Shown one piece after another: positions 10,894-21,672 of a stretch of DNA of 64,000 bases. The translations under genes were made by a program, and so were the position numbers. This stretch comes from Nitrospirota bacterium (GTDB lineage: Bacteria; Nitrospirota; Thermodesulfovibrionia; Thermodesulfovibrionales; SM23-35). Position 1 is the stretch's first letter, and the number at the start of each line of letters is the position of its first letter. The stretch covers positions 2,456-66,455 of the forward strand of contig JBFMDO010000014.1 of assembly GCA_040753615.1 (NCBI GenBank). Reading direction: 5' to 3'. Below the pieces are notes generated by a model. It was not told where the DNA came from. It made no database searches and was given only the letters and a program-made list of their open reading frames with translations.

Positions 10894-11808
10894 ATGATTT
10901 CAAAGACAGAAAAGATATGGATGGATGGAAAGTTTGTAAAGTGGGATAAAGCTAATGTGCATATCCTTACACATACCCTCCAGTATGGTCTCGGTGTTTT
11001 TGAAGGCATAAGATGTTATGAAACAGACAAAGGTCCTGCAATATTCAAACTCAACGAGCATGTTGACAGACTATTTAGCTCAGCGCATATATTTCTGATA
11101 GATATCCCCTATTCTAAAAAGGAGATCAGAGAGGCAATAATAAAAACAATTAAAATAAACAGGATTAAGGAATGTTACATAAGGCCCCTTGTTTACATAG
11201 GGTACGGTGCTATGGGGCTGTATCCAAAAGGGAATCCGATTAATGTTGCTATTGCAGTATGGCCATGGGGGTCTTATTTGGGAGAAAAAGGGCTTAAAGA
11301 AGGCATCAGGGTGAAGACTTCATCCTTTATAAGGAATCATGTGAATGCAAATATGGCACGGAGCAAGGTTTGTGGATATTATGTGAACTCACAGCTTGCA
11401 AAAAAAGAGGCGATTTCATGTGGATATGAAGAGGCGCTTTTACTCGATACAGAAGGCTATGTTTCAGAGGGAAGCGGTGAAAATATCTTCATTGCAAGAA
11501 ATGGGATATTAAAAACAACCCCTCTTACCTCAATACTTGAAGGTATAACAAGGGATAGTATTATGCAAATGGCAAATAATGAGGGTATCAGGGTTGTAGA
11601 GGAAAGGTTTACGAGGGACGAAGTTTATATTGCTGATGAGGCATTCTTTACAGGAACGGCTGCTGAAATCACACCTATAAGAGAACTTGATAATAGGAGC
11701 ATTGGCAAAGGCAAGCCTGGCGATATAACAAAAAAGCTGCAGACATTATTCTTTGATATTGTCAGGGGCAAGAACAAAAAGTACGAATCTTGGCTGACAA
11801 GATTCTAA
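10894..11808 (+). CDS. ilvE: Branched-chain amino acid aminotransferase (class IV)
   Basis: 304 aa. Features are [22 protein letters not shown] and the class IV fold motif EGSGENIF. Confidence 0.9.
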   Translation: MISKTEKIWMDGKFVKWDKANVHILTHTLQYGLGVFEGIRCYETDKGPAIFKLNEHVDRLFSSAHIFLIDIPYSKKEIREAIIKTIKINRIKECYIRPLVYIGYGAMGLYPKGNPINVAIAVWPWGSYLGEKGLKEGIRVKTSSFIRNHVNANMARSKVCGYYVNSQLAKKEAISCGYEEALLLDTEGYVSEGSGENIFIARNGILKTTPLTSILEGITRDSIMQMANNEGIRVVEERFTRDEVYIADEAFFTGTAAEITPIRELDNRSIGKGKPGDITKKLQTLFFDIVRGKNKKYESWLTRF

Positions 11809-11845
11809 CTAATACAATTTGTAAGTTTCACGAATAATCTGGGTT

Positions 11846-11884
11846 AAGAAAGAGGGCTGCAATCTATTTGCAGCCCTCTTTCTT
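11846..11884. terminator. Bidirectional intrinsic terminator between ilvE and the cytochrome gene
   Basis: Perfect 16-bp stem AAGAAAGAGGGCTGCA / TGCAGCCCTCTTTCTT with a 7-nt loop, placed between convergent genes. Confidence 0.65.
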
Positions 11885-11899
11885 AGAATTCTCTTAAAA

Positions 11900-12274
11900 T
11901 TACTGAGCAGGCGCTTCTTTTGGCGCTGGTGCTTCGGCTGGAGCTTCTGCTGGAGTTGCTGATTGATGACATTTAGCACAATCTGCTTCATTTGTCTGTG
12001 AGAATGCCTTTTCACCATTATGGCATACGCCGCAGCCCTTTGTAGTATCTCCATGACCTTCTTTTGTCATTTTATATTCGCCTTTTTTCATCTGGAAGAG
12101 TGTCGGATGACAGTCAGGACACTTCATTCCCTGTTGAACACCGTGTGTTGAACCATTGAATATAACTTTACCAGCTTCACCACCTGCATATTCAACAGTC
12201 TTACCAGGCATACTAGCGATGGCGATACCAGCAAATATGACTAAAAAGCATAATATAAAAGCTGTGTATTTCAT
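11900..12274 (-). CDS. Periplasmic triheme cytochrome c (c7/c3-like) with Pro/Ala-rich tail
   Basis: 124 aa with a signal peptide (MKYTAFILCFLVIFAGIAIA). Three CxxCH motifs (CPDCH, CGVCH, CAKCH) fall within about 55 residues. The C-terminus is PAEAPAEAPAPKEAPAQ. Confidence 0.85.
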   Translation of the reverse strand: MKYTAFILCFLVIFAGIAIASMPGKTVEYAGGEAGKVIFNGSTHGVQQGMKCPDCHPTLFQMKKGEYKMTKEGHGDTTKGCGVCHNGEKAFSQTNEADCAKCHQSATPAEAPAEAPAPKEAPAQ

Positions 12275-12342
12275 TTTTTTTCACCTCCTTTCGCAAGATG
12301 ATCTAAAAAAAATTCCTGCGTCTTATTTTTGAGAAAAGCTGC

Positions 12343-13560
12343 TTATAAATTTTTTGCCTTTACCTTCAAAAATTTTCTTTTCCCAACTTTAAACAGATAA
12401 TCACCCATTATAAGTTTCTCATCTGGGTTACCACATCTCCTGTCATTAATTGTAACACCTCCCTGTTTAATAAGCCGTATCGCCTCGCTTGTACTCGATG
12501 CCAAGCCAGAAAGCTTCATAATCTTGGGTATCCACGTCTTCTTTTCTTCCCAATCAAGTTCTATTACAGGGATTTCATCAGGAATGCCTTTATCTTTGAA
12601 AATCTGATTGAATTCTTCTTGTGCCATGATGGCATCTTTCTTACTCCAGTATCTTTCAACTATCTCGGATGCAAGGTCTTCTTTAGCTTTCTTGGGGTGA
12701 ATAGTCTTGTTTTCCAGTCCTTCCTTTACTTTTTGAAGGTTATCTAATGATAAATGACTCAATAGCTCATAATATTTGAACATTAACTTATCGCTTATAG
12801 ACATTATCTTGCCGAATATCTCTTTTGGTGGCTCTGAAATACCTATGTAATTTCCGAGACTCTTGCTCATCTTTTTAACACCGTCAGTGCCTTCAAGAAG
12901 AGGCATCATAACAAGACACTGCGGAGATTGTCCATATTCTTTCTGGAGTTCTCTTCCAACAATGAGATTGAATTTCTGATCTGTTCCACCGAGTTCTACA
13001 TCAGCCCTGAGTTTTACAGAATCATAACCCTGTATCAGTGGATATAAAAATTCATGAATAGCGATGGGATTCTGGCTGGTCCATCTTTGCTTAAAATCTT
13101 CTCTTTCAAGCATTCTCGCAACAGTATAACAGCTTGCAAGCTGTATCATTTCTACTGCTGTCATGCCTGACATCCATTCTGAATTGAAAACTACCATGGT
13201 TTTTTCAGGACTTAAGATTTTAAATATTTGTTCCTTGTAGGTTTTTGCATTATCCAGCACGTCTTCTTTTGTTAGGGGTTTTCTCATCTCATTCCTTCCG
13301 CTCGGGTCGCCTATCATGCCTGTAAAATCACCGATCAAAAAAATAATCTCATGTCCCAATTCCTGAAACTGCCTTATTTTTTCGAGCAGGACAGTATGTC
13401 CGAGATGGATGTCAGGCGCTGTTGGGTCAAAGCCAGCCTTAATTCTGAGGGGTGTTTTTTCATTATATGATCTTTTAAGTTTCTGAAGGAGTTCTTCTTC
13501 AGTAATTATCTCGACAGCACCCCTTTTTATTATCTCAAGTTGTTTTTCAGGTTTTACCAT
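12343..13560 (-). CDS. tyrS: Tyrosine--tRNA ligase
   Basis: 405 aa with the class I motifs HLGH and KMSKS and a C-terminal S4-like domain. Confidence 0.95.
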   Translation of the reverse strand: MVKPEKQLEIIKRGAVEIITEEELLQKLKRSYNEKTPLRIKAGFDPTAPDIHLGHTVLLEKIRQFQELGHEIIFLIGDFTGMIGDPSGRNEMRKPLTKEDVLDNAKTYKEQIFKILSPEKTMVVFNSEWMSGMTAVEMIQLASCYTVARMLEREDFKQRWTSQNPIAIHEFLYPLIQGYDSVKLRADVELGGTDQKFNLIVGRELQKEYGQSPQCLVMMPLLEGTDGVKKMSKSLGNYIGISEPPKEIFGKIMSISDKLMFKYYELLSHLSLDNLQKVKEGLENKTIHPKKAKEDLASEIVERYWSKKDAIMAQEEFNQIFKDKGIPDEIPVIELDWEEKKTWIPKIMKLSGLASSTSEAIRLIKQGGVTINDRRCGNPDEKLIMGDYLFKVGKRKFLKVKAKNL

Positions 13561-13605
13561 AGTGAATATAATAAAATTTAAGAATAACTTACGTCAAATG
13601 ACAGG

Positions 13606-14085
13606 TTATCTGAGTTTCAATAACTTAAGTAGAACGCCGAGGAATTTATTAATTGAATTGCTTCTTTTCAGAAAAGGGATGATTGGCGGTTTTCTTGTAC
13701 CAAGTTTATTTAATTCTTCGACAATCTCCTGCTTTGTTTCATGATTTAAGCCTTCCCTGAATACATTTATTGCCTCAGCCTTATTATTTAGGAGCAGATA
13801 AATTTTACCCAGATTCAGATAATGAGAAGAATTAGCGGGTTGTTGCATAATAGCATTCTTACATAATTTAATTGCGCGTTGAAATTGTCCCCGTTCTTTT
13901 GCTATGCAAAAAGCATAATATGACTGCATAGAAAAATTAGGTTTCATCATCATTGCCTTTTCAAAGCAGGAAAGGGCGGAAAGGGTATCATTGCTTGCAA
14001 GATGTTTGATGCCCTTGTTAAAAAGTTCCGTGCATTCTATATCTGACATATTATTATAATTATCCAATTTTATAATATTCCACAT
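13606..14085 (-). CDS. TPR-repeat protein
   Basis: 159 aa with repeated A/Y/F-rich 34-residue helical patterns (ALSCFEKAMMMKPN, AIKLCKNAIMQQPAN, AINVFREGL). Confidence 0.6.
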   Translation of the reverse strand: MWNIIKLDNYNNMSDIECTELFNKGIKHLASNDTLSALSCFEKAMMMKPNFSMQSYYAFCIAKERGQFQRAIKLCKNAIMQQPANSSHYLNLGKIYLLLNNKAEAINVFREGLNHETKQEIVEELNKLGTRKPPIIPFLKRSNSINKFLGVLLKLLKLR

Positions 14086-14383
14086 TAGTTTGCCAATAAT
14101 TTTTATGATATAGCTATCTAAATAATAATTTTCGAAGCTCCCGCCAATCTTTTTTTATCCTGCTTATTTTTCCTCTGACACTGTACTCAAGAATGGTTTG
14201 CAGAATAATATTCCAGCAAGAAATCATAAATTTTGTTATAATACATATGTTTAAGTCGTTTTAATTAACTGATTAGTTTCATGTTTTAACCCTGTCTATT
14301 TTTCCTCTTGTCAAAATTAAAAGGGGTTACAGCTACAGATTGAGATATAATGACTTGCATGGTTACAGGTAAGAAGGAGAACA

Positions 14384-15814
14384 ATGAAAGAAAAGGATAT
14401 TATTGAAGACATCATAGATATAGGTAAGAGGCGCGGAACTATTACTTATGAAGAGATAAATGATGCTCTGCCCTCAGAATATTTCTCGCCGGATGAGTTA
14501 GAAGAACTTACTGACCTTCTGCATGATATAGGAGTTGAAGTTGTAGGCGATCAGGAAACTGACACTACCGAGGAAGAAGCTTTAGTTTCAGGGGAAGAAG
14601 ATGAGTATGAAGAAACAGAGGATATTGTTCAGGCATATTTCCATTCGATGGGGAATATTTCAATACTTACAAGGAATGAAGAAGTAGATCTCGCTAAGAG
14701 ATTGGAAGAGGGAAAAGAGATAATTAGAGAAGTTGTTACAGCACTGCCTTTATACAAGAAATTCGAAATTAAATTAGATGGCAAAGAAGAAGAGGACTTT
14801 AATAATTCAGAAGAAGAAAAGACAGAGGAAGCTCTTGAAATAAGCTTAAAAGTGCTTGAGAATCTTATGCTAAAAATAGAAATAGCAGAGAGAAAGATTG
14901 CAAGATATGGGACTTTAAAAGATTTAAAAAAATTAATAAATAAAAGAAAAAAACAAGGCATCAATTCCATACAACTCAACACCATTGCAAAAGAAGTTCA
15001 AAATGAATATAAGCGAGTTGCATCAGAGGTTGGGATAAAGTTTGATGAATTGAAAACCATGTGGGATAGAATAACCAAGGCAAGAATCCTTGTGAATGAA
15101 GCAAAGAATGAATTAATAACTCGTAATCTGAGATTGGTAGTTAATGTTGCTAAGAATTATATTGGAAGAGGTCTTTCCTTGCTCGACCTTATTCAGGAAG
15201 GCAATATCGGTCTTATGAAAGCTATAGATAAGTTTGACTATAAAATGGGATTCAAATTCAGCACCTATGCAACATGGTGGATAAGACAGGGAATAACAAG
15301 GGCATTAATAGATCAAACAAAGACTATTAGAGTTCCTGTACATATGATGGAATTTTACAATAAGGTTACCAAGGCGTCCAGAGAATTAACTCAACAGCTT
15401 GGAAGAGAACCGAGCAAAGAAGAAATTGCTAAAAGATTGGAAGTTTCAACAGGAAAGGTCGAAGGAGTATTGAGGTCAATACAGGATCCATTAGCGCTTC
15501 AAACTCCAATAGGAGATGATGACGCAAAACTCGAGGATTTTATTAGTGATAAAGATAGTCCTTCCCCATACTCTGATTCGGAAAAAAATAATATCACTGA
15601 GCAGATACTTAGGGTTCTTAGTACTCTAACCCCAAGAGAAGAGAAGGTTATAAGAATGAGATTTGGTATAGGATTTGAGAAAGACCATACCCTCGAAGAA
15701 GTAGGGAGACACTTTTCTATTACGCGTGAAAGGGTAAGGCAAATAGAGGCAAAAGCACTCAGAAAACTGAAACATCCAAATAGACGTAGTGCATTGAAGA
15801 TATTGATCGATTAA
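14384..15814 (+). CDS. rpoD: RNA polymerase primary sigma factor (sigma-70)
   Basis: 476 aa. It has an acidic region 1, region 2 (DLIQEGNIGLMKAIDKFDY, YATWWIRQ) and region 4 (ITRERVRQIEAKALRKL). Confidence 0.93.
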   Translation: MKEKDIIEDIIDIGKRRGTITYEEINDALPSEYFSPDELEELTDLLHDIGVEVVGDQETDTTEEEALVSGEEDEYEETEDIVQAYFHSMGNISILTRNEEVDLAKRLEEGKEIIREVVTALPLYKKFEIKLDGKEEEDFNNSEEEKTEEALEISLKVLENLMLKIEIAERKIARYGTLKDLKKLINKRKKQGINSIQLNTIAKEVQNEYKRVASEVGIKFDELKTMWDRITKARILVNEAKNELITRNLRLVVNVAKNYIGRGLSLLDLIQEGNIGLMKAIDKFDYKMGFKFSTYATWWIRQGITRALIDQTKTIRVPVHMMEFYNKVTKASRELTQQLGREPSKEEIAKRLEVSTGKVEGVLRSIQDPLALQTPIGDDDAKLEDFISDKDSPSPYSDSEKNNITEQILRVLSTLTPREEKVIRMRFGIGFEKDHTLEEVGRHFSITRERVRQIEAKALRKLKHPNRRSALKILID

Positions 15815-15897
15815 TACACCTCATCTCCTTGTATAAGAGAGGGATTATATGCACAGATATAGTCTCCTTATCTTCTCTTATTGAGGCTGCGATAGTT

Positions 15898-16956
15898 TTA
15901 CACACGTCTTTTATTTTTAGTTCCTTCAAATAATCCGAATTCATTCTTATAAGTGATGTCTAAATGGCTATATGCTCTTTCCGAAGCCTTTCTTCCATGT
16001 GATGTCCTGATTATGAAGCCTGATTTCAACAGAAAAGGTTCAACCACATCTAATAAAACATCCGTCTCTATCTGGAGAGTTGAGGAAAGCGCTTCAATCC
16101 CAACAGGTCCCCCTTTATAATTCAGGATAATGATTTTTAGCAATTTTCTGTCTGTTTCTCCCAAACCATGCTCATCGATGCCTTCGAGGTCTAATGCTTC
16201 AATAGCTACATTTTTTGTTATTTTTCCTTGAGCCCTTACCTGTGCATAATCACGCACACGTTTTAATAACCTATTTGCAACTCTAGGAGTACCTCTTGAT
16301 CTTCGAGCTATTTCATAAGCTCCGTCATGTTCAGTGATTATATTTAATATTGATGAAGAACGTTTTACAATATGTATCAGATCTTCTTCATTATAAAAAT
16401 CCAGATCTCTTGTAATCCCGAATCTTTCTCTCAAGGGTGAGGATAACAGGCCGGATCTGGTTGTTGCACCGATCAATGTAAAAGGTTCAAGTCTATATCT
16501 ATGAGTTCTTGCATGTACACCTTTATCGAATATGAAATCCACTGCAAAGTCTTCCATTGCCGGATAAAGGAATTCCTCGACAATTTTCGGTATCCTGTGG
16601 ATTTCATCAATAAAAAAAATATCACCCCTTTCTATATGGGTCAAGATACCCATCAAATCACCACCTTTTTCTAAAGCAGGACCGGAGGATGTAATAATCT
16701 TGGTACCCATCTCATTGGCAATGATGTGAGCTAATGTTGTCTTTCCCAAACCCGGCGGCCCATTAAATAAGATGTGGTCTATAGGTTCTTTTCTTTGCAA
16801 TGCTGCCTCTATAGCAATCTTTAGTGTTTCTACTATTTTATCTTGCCCTATATAGTCAGAAAGCCGTTTAGGTCTTAAGGTTAAGTTGTTATCTTCATCT
16901 AAACAACTATTTTCTTTTAAGATTTCAGGAATATTATTTGCTTCTTCGTGTATCAC
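15898..16956 (-). CDS. ruvB: Holliday junction helicase RuvB
   Basis: 352 aa with [12 protein letters not shown], Walker [12 protein letters not shown] and IFFIDEIHR. Confidence 0.95.
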   Translation of the reverse strand: MIHEEANNIPEILKENSCLDEDNNLTLRPKRLSDYIGQDKIVETLKIAIEAALQRKEPIDHILFNGPPGLGKTTLAHIIANEMGTKIITSSGPALEKGGDLMGILTHIERGDIFFIDEIHRIPKIVEEFLYPAMEDFAVDFIFDKGVHARTHRYRLEPFTLIGATTRSGLLSSPLRERFGITRDLDFYNEEDLIHIVKRSSSILNIITEHDGAYEIARRSRGTPRVANRLLKRVRDYAQVRAQGKITKNVAIEALDLEGIDEHGLGETDRKLLKIIILNYKGGPVGIEALSSTLQIETDVLLDVVEPFLLKSGFIIRTSHGRKASERAYSHLDITYKNEFGLFEGTKNKRRV

Positions 16957-17570
16957 TTCTTTTGACCTCTATATACTTCCTCAAATAATTCTTCAGACGA
17001 ACTTATACGGGGATTTCGTTTCATGGCTTCTTCTATCATCTCCCGTGCTTCTACCAGTTTATGACCTAGTTGATTTACAAGAACATCCTCGACTTCTTTC
17101 CTGAAATCTTCTATAACTTCAGGTGCTGCTTCAATCTTAGGCATTAGTGCATACCTTGCCACTTTTCCATTTAGGGTAGCAATAATTTTCTCAGCTTTTC
17201 TTTCTCCAATGCCTTTTAATTGTCTTAGGGCTTTTGCATCTTTTCCCTCTATAAAACGAGCGATGTCTCCAACAGGTTTTAGGAGAGCCTTAATAGCAGC
17301 AGTAGGGCCTATATCTTCAACTGATATGAAAAGTTCAAAAAAGTCTTTATCAAATGGATGTTTAAATCCTACAAGAATTGGTTTGGGCTGTCTTTCTGTC
17401 TGGTTATACGAGATATGCAATTTCAATTCCTTAATCCCTTTTTTCTCATCTTCCTTAATTTCGTTCATCAAATATGCTGGGATTAATATGTCATAACCGA
17501 TTCCGTTTACCAGCAAAGTAATTCGGTCATCATAAGTTTTTACCAATTTTCCTTCTAGATAAGATATCAT
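16953..17570 (-). CDS. ruvA: Holliday junction DNA-binding protein RuvA
   Basis: 205 aa with MISYLEGKL and the GIGYDI motif. It overlaps both ruvB and ruvC by 4 bp. Confidence 0.9.
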   Translation of the reverse strand: MISYLEGKLVKTYDDRITLLVNGIGYDILIPAYLMNEIKEDEKKGIKELKLHISYNQTERQPKPILVGFKHPFDKDFFELFISVEDIGPTAAIKALLKPVGDIARFIEGKDAKALRQLKGIGERKAEKIIATLNGKVARYALMPKIEAAPEVIEDFRKEVEDVLVNQLGHKLVEAREMIEEAMKRNPRISSSEELFEEVYRGQKK

Positions 17571-18052
17571 CTCTCTCTCCGCGAAGGCTTTCTATAAAAT
17601 GCAGTTAAGGCTATAGCCAGTGCGTCTGAGGCATGAAAGGATTTAACATCAGTGATCTTAAGCAATTTCTTTATAGTCTCTTTAACTTGGTATTTATCTG
17701 CTCCACCATGTCCTACTAAAGAATTCTTTACTTCTTTTGGCGTAATTTCTACCATTGGGATATTATTTCGAAAAACAGATAAATATATAATACCTAAAAC
17801 CCCTCCTAATAATATACCAGCCTTTGGGTATCTAACTAAAGAAAATACATTCTCTATTGCAATTAAGTCTGGCTGCAATGCATGTATCAGATTATTTATG
17901 TCCGAATGAATTTGGAAAAGTCTATTGGAAATATGTTCTCTTGGAGATGTTTTAATATAGCCACATTTAAGTAAAGAAGGGGTTGCTTTATCGTACCTAA
18001 TTGCACCAAAGCCTGTATTTGCTAAACCTGGGTCTATGCCGAGTATGATCAT
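17567..18052 (-). CDS. ruvC: Crossover junction endodeoxyribonuclease RuvC
   Basis: 161 aa with MIILGIDPGLANTGFG and an acidic catalytic pattern. It is the first gene of a ruvCAB operon. Confidence 0.9.
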   Translation of the reverse strand: MIILGIDPGLANTGFGAIRYDKATPSLLKCGYIKTSPREHISNRLFQIHSDINNLIHALQPDLIAIENVFSLVRYPKAGILLGGVLGIIYLSVFRNNIPMVEITPKEVKNSLVGHGGADKYQVKETIKKLLKITDVKSFHASDALAIALTAFYRKPSRRER

Positions 18053-18080
18053 GTTTCAAAACTCGAATCAATTTCTGTTA

Positions 18081-18668
18081 TTATTTTTTCCTCGGTGATT
18101 CAAAGAGGATCTCTTCTACCATCTGACAGATTACATGTCCGAGTGTTATATGTGTTTCCTGTATCCTGGGAGTGTTATCAGAGGGAACCATAAAGGCATA
18201 TGTGGCTTTTGATGCAAGTTTTTCTCCTCGTGAACCTGTAAATGCAATTGTTGTTAATCTTTTTCTCTTTGCAACATCCATTGCCTTTAATACATTGGGA
18301 GAATTTCCACTTGTGCTGATTGCGATAATGACATCTCCTTCATCTGATAATGCCTTAAGCTGCTTTGCGAATACCTCAGAAAAGTCGTAATCATTGGCAA
18401 TTGCAGTAATAACAGCCATATCAGTATTAAGCGCTATTGCTGGAAGACCAGGTCGGTCTTTTTTGAACCTATTGATGAATTCTGCTGCAATATGAGAGGC
18501 ATCAGATGAACTTCCGCCATTTCCAAATAAGATTAACTTTTTTCCTTCATTAAAGGCATTCGCAATAGCTTTTGCAACCTCAATGATTTTATCAATATTG
18601 TTTTTCTCTAAAAATTTCTCTTTAATGCTTATGCTTTCCGCAAATGCCTTAAGTATCTTTTCTTTCAT
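18081..18668 (-). CDS. gmhA: SIS-domain phosphoheptose isomerase (GmhA-like)
   Basis: 195 aa with GNGGSSSDASHIAAEF and ISTSGNSPN, typical of GmhA/DiaA SIS proteins. Confidence 0.8.
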   Translation of the reverse strand: MKEKILKAFAESISIKEKFLEKNNIDKIIEVAKAIANAFNEGKKLILFGNGGSSSDASHIAAEFINRFKKDRPGLPAIALNTDMAVITAIANDYDFSEVFAKQLKALSDEGDVIIAISTSGNSPNVLKAMDVAKRKRLTTIAFTGSRGEKLASKATYAFMVPSDNTPRIQETHITLGHVICQMVEEILFESPRKK

Positions 18669-18731
18669 AAATAAAAATGTATGTAATTTTTATTAGAGTA
18701 ACTAAATTCAGAATTTTATGTCAATCAAACA

Positions 18732-21455
18732 TCATTTTTTAAAAGAGGTATAATTTCGTTTCCACCATTTTTCAATCTCAACAGTGAAGAACACAATCGA
18801 AGACAATCCTAATGTTATAACCAATTCATTAAAGCTAAGAGGCTCTGTCTTGAATATTGGATTTAAAAATGGCACATATATTGTAGCCATTTGGAGAATA
18901 AAGGTTAAAATGAAGGCACTTAGAAGTGGTTTATTTGATAACAAACCCTGAGCGAAAAGAGACTCCCTCTCGGATCTTATGGCGAGGACATGACCCATCT
19001 GACTGAGACATAATACTGTAAAAACCATTGTCTGCCAGTGAGCATGTCCTGTCTTAATGGACCATGCCTGTGTAAAGATAGATACAAAGCCCATGAGTAA
19101 GCCTACCCAGATGATATGGGCACCAAGTCCATGTGCAAATATACTCTCTTGAGGATGCCTCGGTGGTCTTTGCATTAATCCTTTTTCAGCAGGTTCTGCT
19201 GCAAGGGCAAGACCGGGGAGACCGTCAGTAACAAGATTAATCCACAAAATATGAATCGGCAACAGCGGGATCGGGAGACCGAGAAAAGGCGCGAGAAATA
19301 TTGTCCATATCTCACCCGAATTACTCGTCATTGTATATTTTATAAACTTGCGAATATTATCAAATATCCTTCGCCCTTCCTTTACTGCCTTTACAATTGT
19401 TGCAAAATTATCATCGAGGAGTATCATGTGAGATGCCTCTTTTGAAACATCAGTTCCTGTAATGCCCATGGCAATGCCTATATCCGCCCTCTTTAATGCA
19501 GGTGCATCGTTTACACCATCTCCTGTCATTGCAACGAATTGTCCTTTATCCTGAAGTGCCTTTACTATCTTTAATTTTTGTTCCGGCGCTACCCTCGCGT
19601 AAACCCTTATGTGATCAACCTTTTCTTCAAATTCTTCCAGTGGCAACTTTTCGAGCTCTCTGCCTGTAATTATGTTTTTCTTATCGCTCTCGATTATTCC
19701 AAGCCTTTTTGCTATTGCCTTTGCTGTGAGCGGATGATCTCCAGTTATCATTACAGGTTTTATACCTGCAGTTTTACAAAGCAATACAGCCTCCTTTGCC
19801 TCTTCCCTCGGTGGATCCATCATTCCCACAAGACCTAAAATTATGAGGCTTGTTTCCACACTTTCAGGGGTAATGTCATTCGGCAGATTATCCCACATCC
19901 TCATACCAATACCTAATACTCTCAAACCATCAGCAGCCATCCTATCACTTATTCTGAGGATTTCTTCTGTATTTATGGGTTTTAATCCCTCAGATGTTAA
20001 AATACTGCTGGATTTTTCAATTAAAACTTCTACTGCCCCTTTTGTGAAGGAGATACCCCCCCCTTCGCTCCCCCTTACTAAAGGGGGGATGTGGGGGTGA
20101 GGTGGGTTTTTATGAATTGTTGTCATACATTTTCTTTCTGAATCAAAAGGGATTTCTGCAATACGGGGAATTTTTCTTTCCAGTTCTTTCTTATCAAAGC
20201 CTTCATCCTGTGCAATGTTATAAAGGGCAATCTCTGTTGGGTCCCCTATGATATTGCCTTCAGCATCCATCTGTGCATCATTGCTTAAAGCAAGAGCAGT
20301 CATAAGTATGACATCTGGAGAAGTTGGGAATGTAAGAAATTGAAAAGTTAAGAGTTTTTCAGTTCCTGTTCTTTTCTCGTCTCCTAAATTTCTCAGCTTC
20401 TTATCTTCTGTCTTTACTAATTGCCCATCCACATAAATCTCCTCTACATTCATCTTGTTCAAAGTAAGGGTTCCTGTCTTATCCGAACATATGTATGTAA
20501 CAGAGCCGAGGGTTTCCACTGCAGGGAGTTTTCTTATAAGGCTGTTCTGTTTCACCATCTTCTTTGCCCCAATTGCAAGTGAAATAGTTACTACAGCAGG
20601 AAGTGCTTCTGGTATTGCTGCAACAGCAAGGGAGATGGATGTGAGAAGCATCAAAAGAGGGGGCTCTCCTCTAAGTATCCCTATACCGAATACAATGGCG
20701 CATATGGCTAAAACTGCGATTGCGAGTTTTTGGCCAAACTTGGCAAGCCTTTTTTGAAGAGGAGTTTTTACCTCCTCCTCTTCCTGTAGCATGGTTGCAA
20801 TCTTTCCGAGTTCTGTATCCATGCCTGTTGCTGTAACAACACCCGTGCCTCGTCCATAAGTGACGAACGTTCCCTTGTACGCCATGTTTTTCCTGTCACC
20901 AATTGGCAAATGTTCGTCATGCAATGGCTTGATGTGTTTTTCCACAGGTACGGATTCACCTGTTAATGTTGCTTCTTCAACCTTTAATTGAGCAGCCTCT
21001 ATAATCCTCATATCAGCAGGTACAACCTTCCCAGTCTCAAGAATTACAATATCACCAGGAACGAGTTGATGGGCAGGGATGTTTGCGGGTATCCCGTTTC
21101 TCATTGCTGTTGCAATAGGCGCTGCCATCTTTTTAAGTGCTGCCACTGCCTTTTCTGCCCTGTATTCCTGTATAAATCCGATAATAGCATTAAGGACTAC
21201 AATGACCACTATAGCAATAGTATCTGAAAGTTCACCGATAAATCCTGATATAATTGCAGCGGCTATTAGGACAATGATCATGAAGTCCTTAAACTGGTCA
21301 AGGAGCATCATGAAAGGTGTCTTCTTTTTTGTCTCTTTTAGTTCATTGGGGCCGTATTGCTCAAGCCGCTTTCTGACTTCGTCTTCAGAAATGCCGCGGA
21401 GAGAAGACCTTAACTCATTAATAGTATCTTCTATATTTTTTTGGTGCCAGCGCAT
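18732..21455 (-). CDS. P-type IIA cation-transporting ATPase (SERCA/PMR1-like; predicted Mn2+/Ca2+ exporter)
   Basis: Motifs [28 protein letters not shown] and [15 protein letters not shown]. The ORF-track start at 21500 runs into the leader terminator, so ATG 21455 (MRWHQKN...) is preferred. Confidence 0.9.
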   Translation of the reverse strand: MRWHQKNIEDTINELRSSLRGISEDEVRKRLEQYGPNELKETKKKTPFMMLLDQFKDFMIIVLIAAAIISGFIGELSDTIAIVVIVVLNAIIGFIQEYRAEKAVAALKKMAAPIATAMRNGIPANIPAHQLVPGDIVILETGKVVPADMRIIEAAQLKVEEATLTGESVPVEKHIKPLHDEHLPIGDRKNMAYKGTFVTYGRGTGVVTATGMDTELGKIATMLQEEEEVKTPLQKRLAKFGQKLAIAVLAICAIVFGIGILRGEPPLLMLLTSISLAVAAIPEALPAVVTISLAIGAKKMVKQNSLIRKLPAVETLGSVTYICSDKTGTLTLNKMNVEEIYVDGQLVKTEDKKLRNLGDEKRTGTEKLLTFQFLTFPTSPDVILMTALALSNDAQMDAEGNIIGDPTEIALYNIAQDEGFDKKELERKIPRIAEIPFDSERKCMTTIHKNPPHPHIPPLVRGSEGGGISFTKGAVEVLIEKSSSILTSEGLKPINTEEILRISDRMAADGLRVLGIGMRMWDNLPNDITPESVETSLIILGLVGMMDPPREEAKEAVLLCKTAGIKPVMITGDHPLTAKAIAKRLGIIESDKKNIITGRELEKLPLEEFEEKVDHIRVYARVAPEQKLKIVKALQDKGQFVAMTGDGVNDAPALKRADIGIAMGITGTDVSKEASHMILLDDNFATIVKAVKEGRRIFDNIRKFIKYTMTSNSGEIWTIFLAPFLGLPIPLLPIHILWINLVTDGLPGLALAAEPAEKGLMQRPPRHPQESIFAHGLGAHIIWVGLLMGFVSIFTQAWSIKTGHAHWQTMVFTVLCLSQMGHVLAIRSERESLFAQGLLSNKPLLSAFILTFILQMATIYVPFLNPIFKTEPLSFNELVITLGLSSIVFFTVEIEKWWKRNYTSFKK
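20053..20107. repeat. G/C-rich nested-palindrome repeat inserted in frame inside the ATPase gene
   Basis: The sequence ACCCCCCCCTTCGCTCCCCCTTACTAAAGGGGGGATGTGGGGGTGAGGTGGG contains the hairpin TCCCCCTT-ACTA-AAGGGGG. It translates as [18 protein letters not shown] between the conserved [10 protein letters not shown] and ISFTKGAVE. It resembles the palindromes at 25026, 54351 and 61746. Confidence 0.55.
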
Positions 21456-21483
21456 AATACTCACTTCTTCTTGAATTAGAAAA

Positions 21484-21515
21484 CCTTTACCACGATCCAA
21501 TATTCGTGGTAAAGG
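21484..21515 (-). terminator. Intrinsic terminator (expression platform of the Mn2+ riboswitch)
   Basis: The minus strand reads CCUUUACCACG-AAUAUUGGAU-CGUGGUAAAGG followed by UUUUCU. The 5' arm overlaps the 3' P1 strand of the aptamer (GAGACCUUUACC). Confidence 0.65.
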
Positions 21516-21606
21516 TCTCGCTTGTTAGTTTTCACTAACCAGTGGTACCGGCCCGCTTTTCGTGGACGTGCTGACGATATCCACTGATTCAGCTACTCCC
21601 CTTCAC
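21503..21606 (-). promoter_or_regulatory. yybP-ykoY-type Mn2+ riboswitch aptamer
   Basis: Minus strand: GAAGGGGAGUAGCUGAAUCAGUGGAUAUCGUCAGCACGUCCACGAAAAGCGGGCCGGUACCACUGGUUAGUGAAAACUAACAAGCGAGACCUUUACC. It carries the conserved GGGGAGUAGC 5' element and the CAAG.GAGACCUUU 3' element recalled from the yybP-ykoY consensus. Confidence 0.75.
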
Positions 21607-21628
21607 TTAGAATTTGAGAGCTGTTTTT

Positions 21629-21658
21629 TATATAACCAGAAACTCTATATTTTTTCAA
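21629..21658 (-). promoter_or_regulatory. Candidate sigma-70 promoter for the riboswitch-ATPase transcript
   Basis: The minus strand has TTGAAA, an 18-nt spacer and TATATA, about 20 nt upstream of the aptamer. Confidence 0.35.
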
Positions 21659-21672
21659 GAAGGCATCCTGAA

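Noticed and set aside
11809-12054. An 81-aa ORF (-) overlapping the cytochrome c gene and the terminator.
   Set aside because: It is in a different frame from the CxxCH-bearing ORF and runs through the terminator hairpin. It has no motif support.
13561-13605. T-box leader for tyrS.
   Set aside because: The spacer upstream of tyrS is about 45 nt and the next gene is on the same strand. A T-box needs about 200 nt or more, and no specifier or T-box sequence was seen.
21456-21500. The N-terminal extension [15 protein letters not shown] of the ATPase ORF.
   Set aside because: This extension is encoded by the riboswitch terminator hairpin and U-tract. The downstream ATG at 21455 gives a typical P-type ATPase N-terminus.
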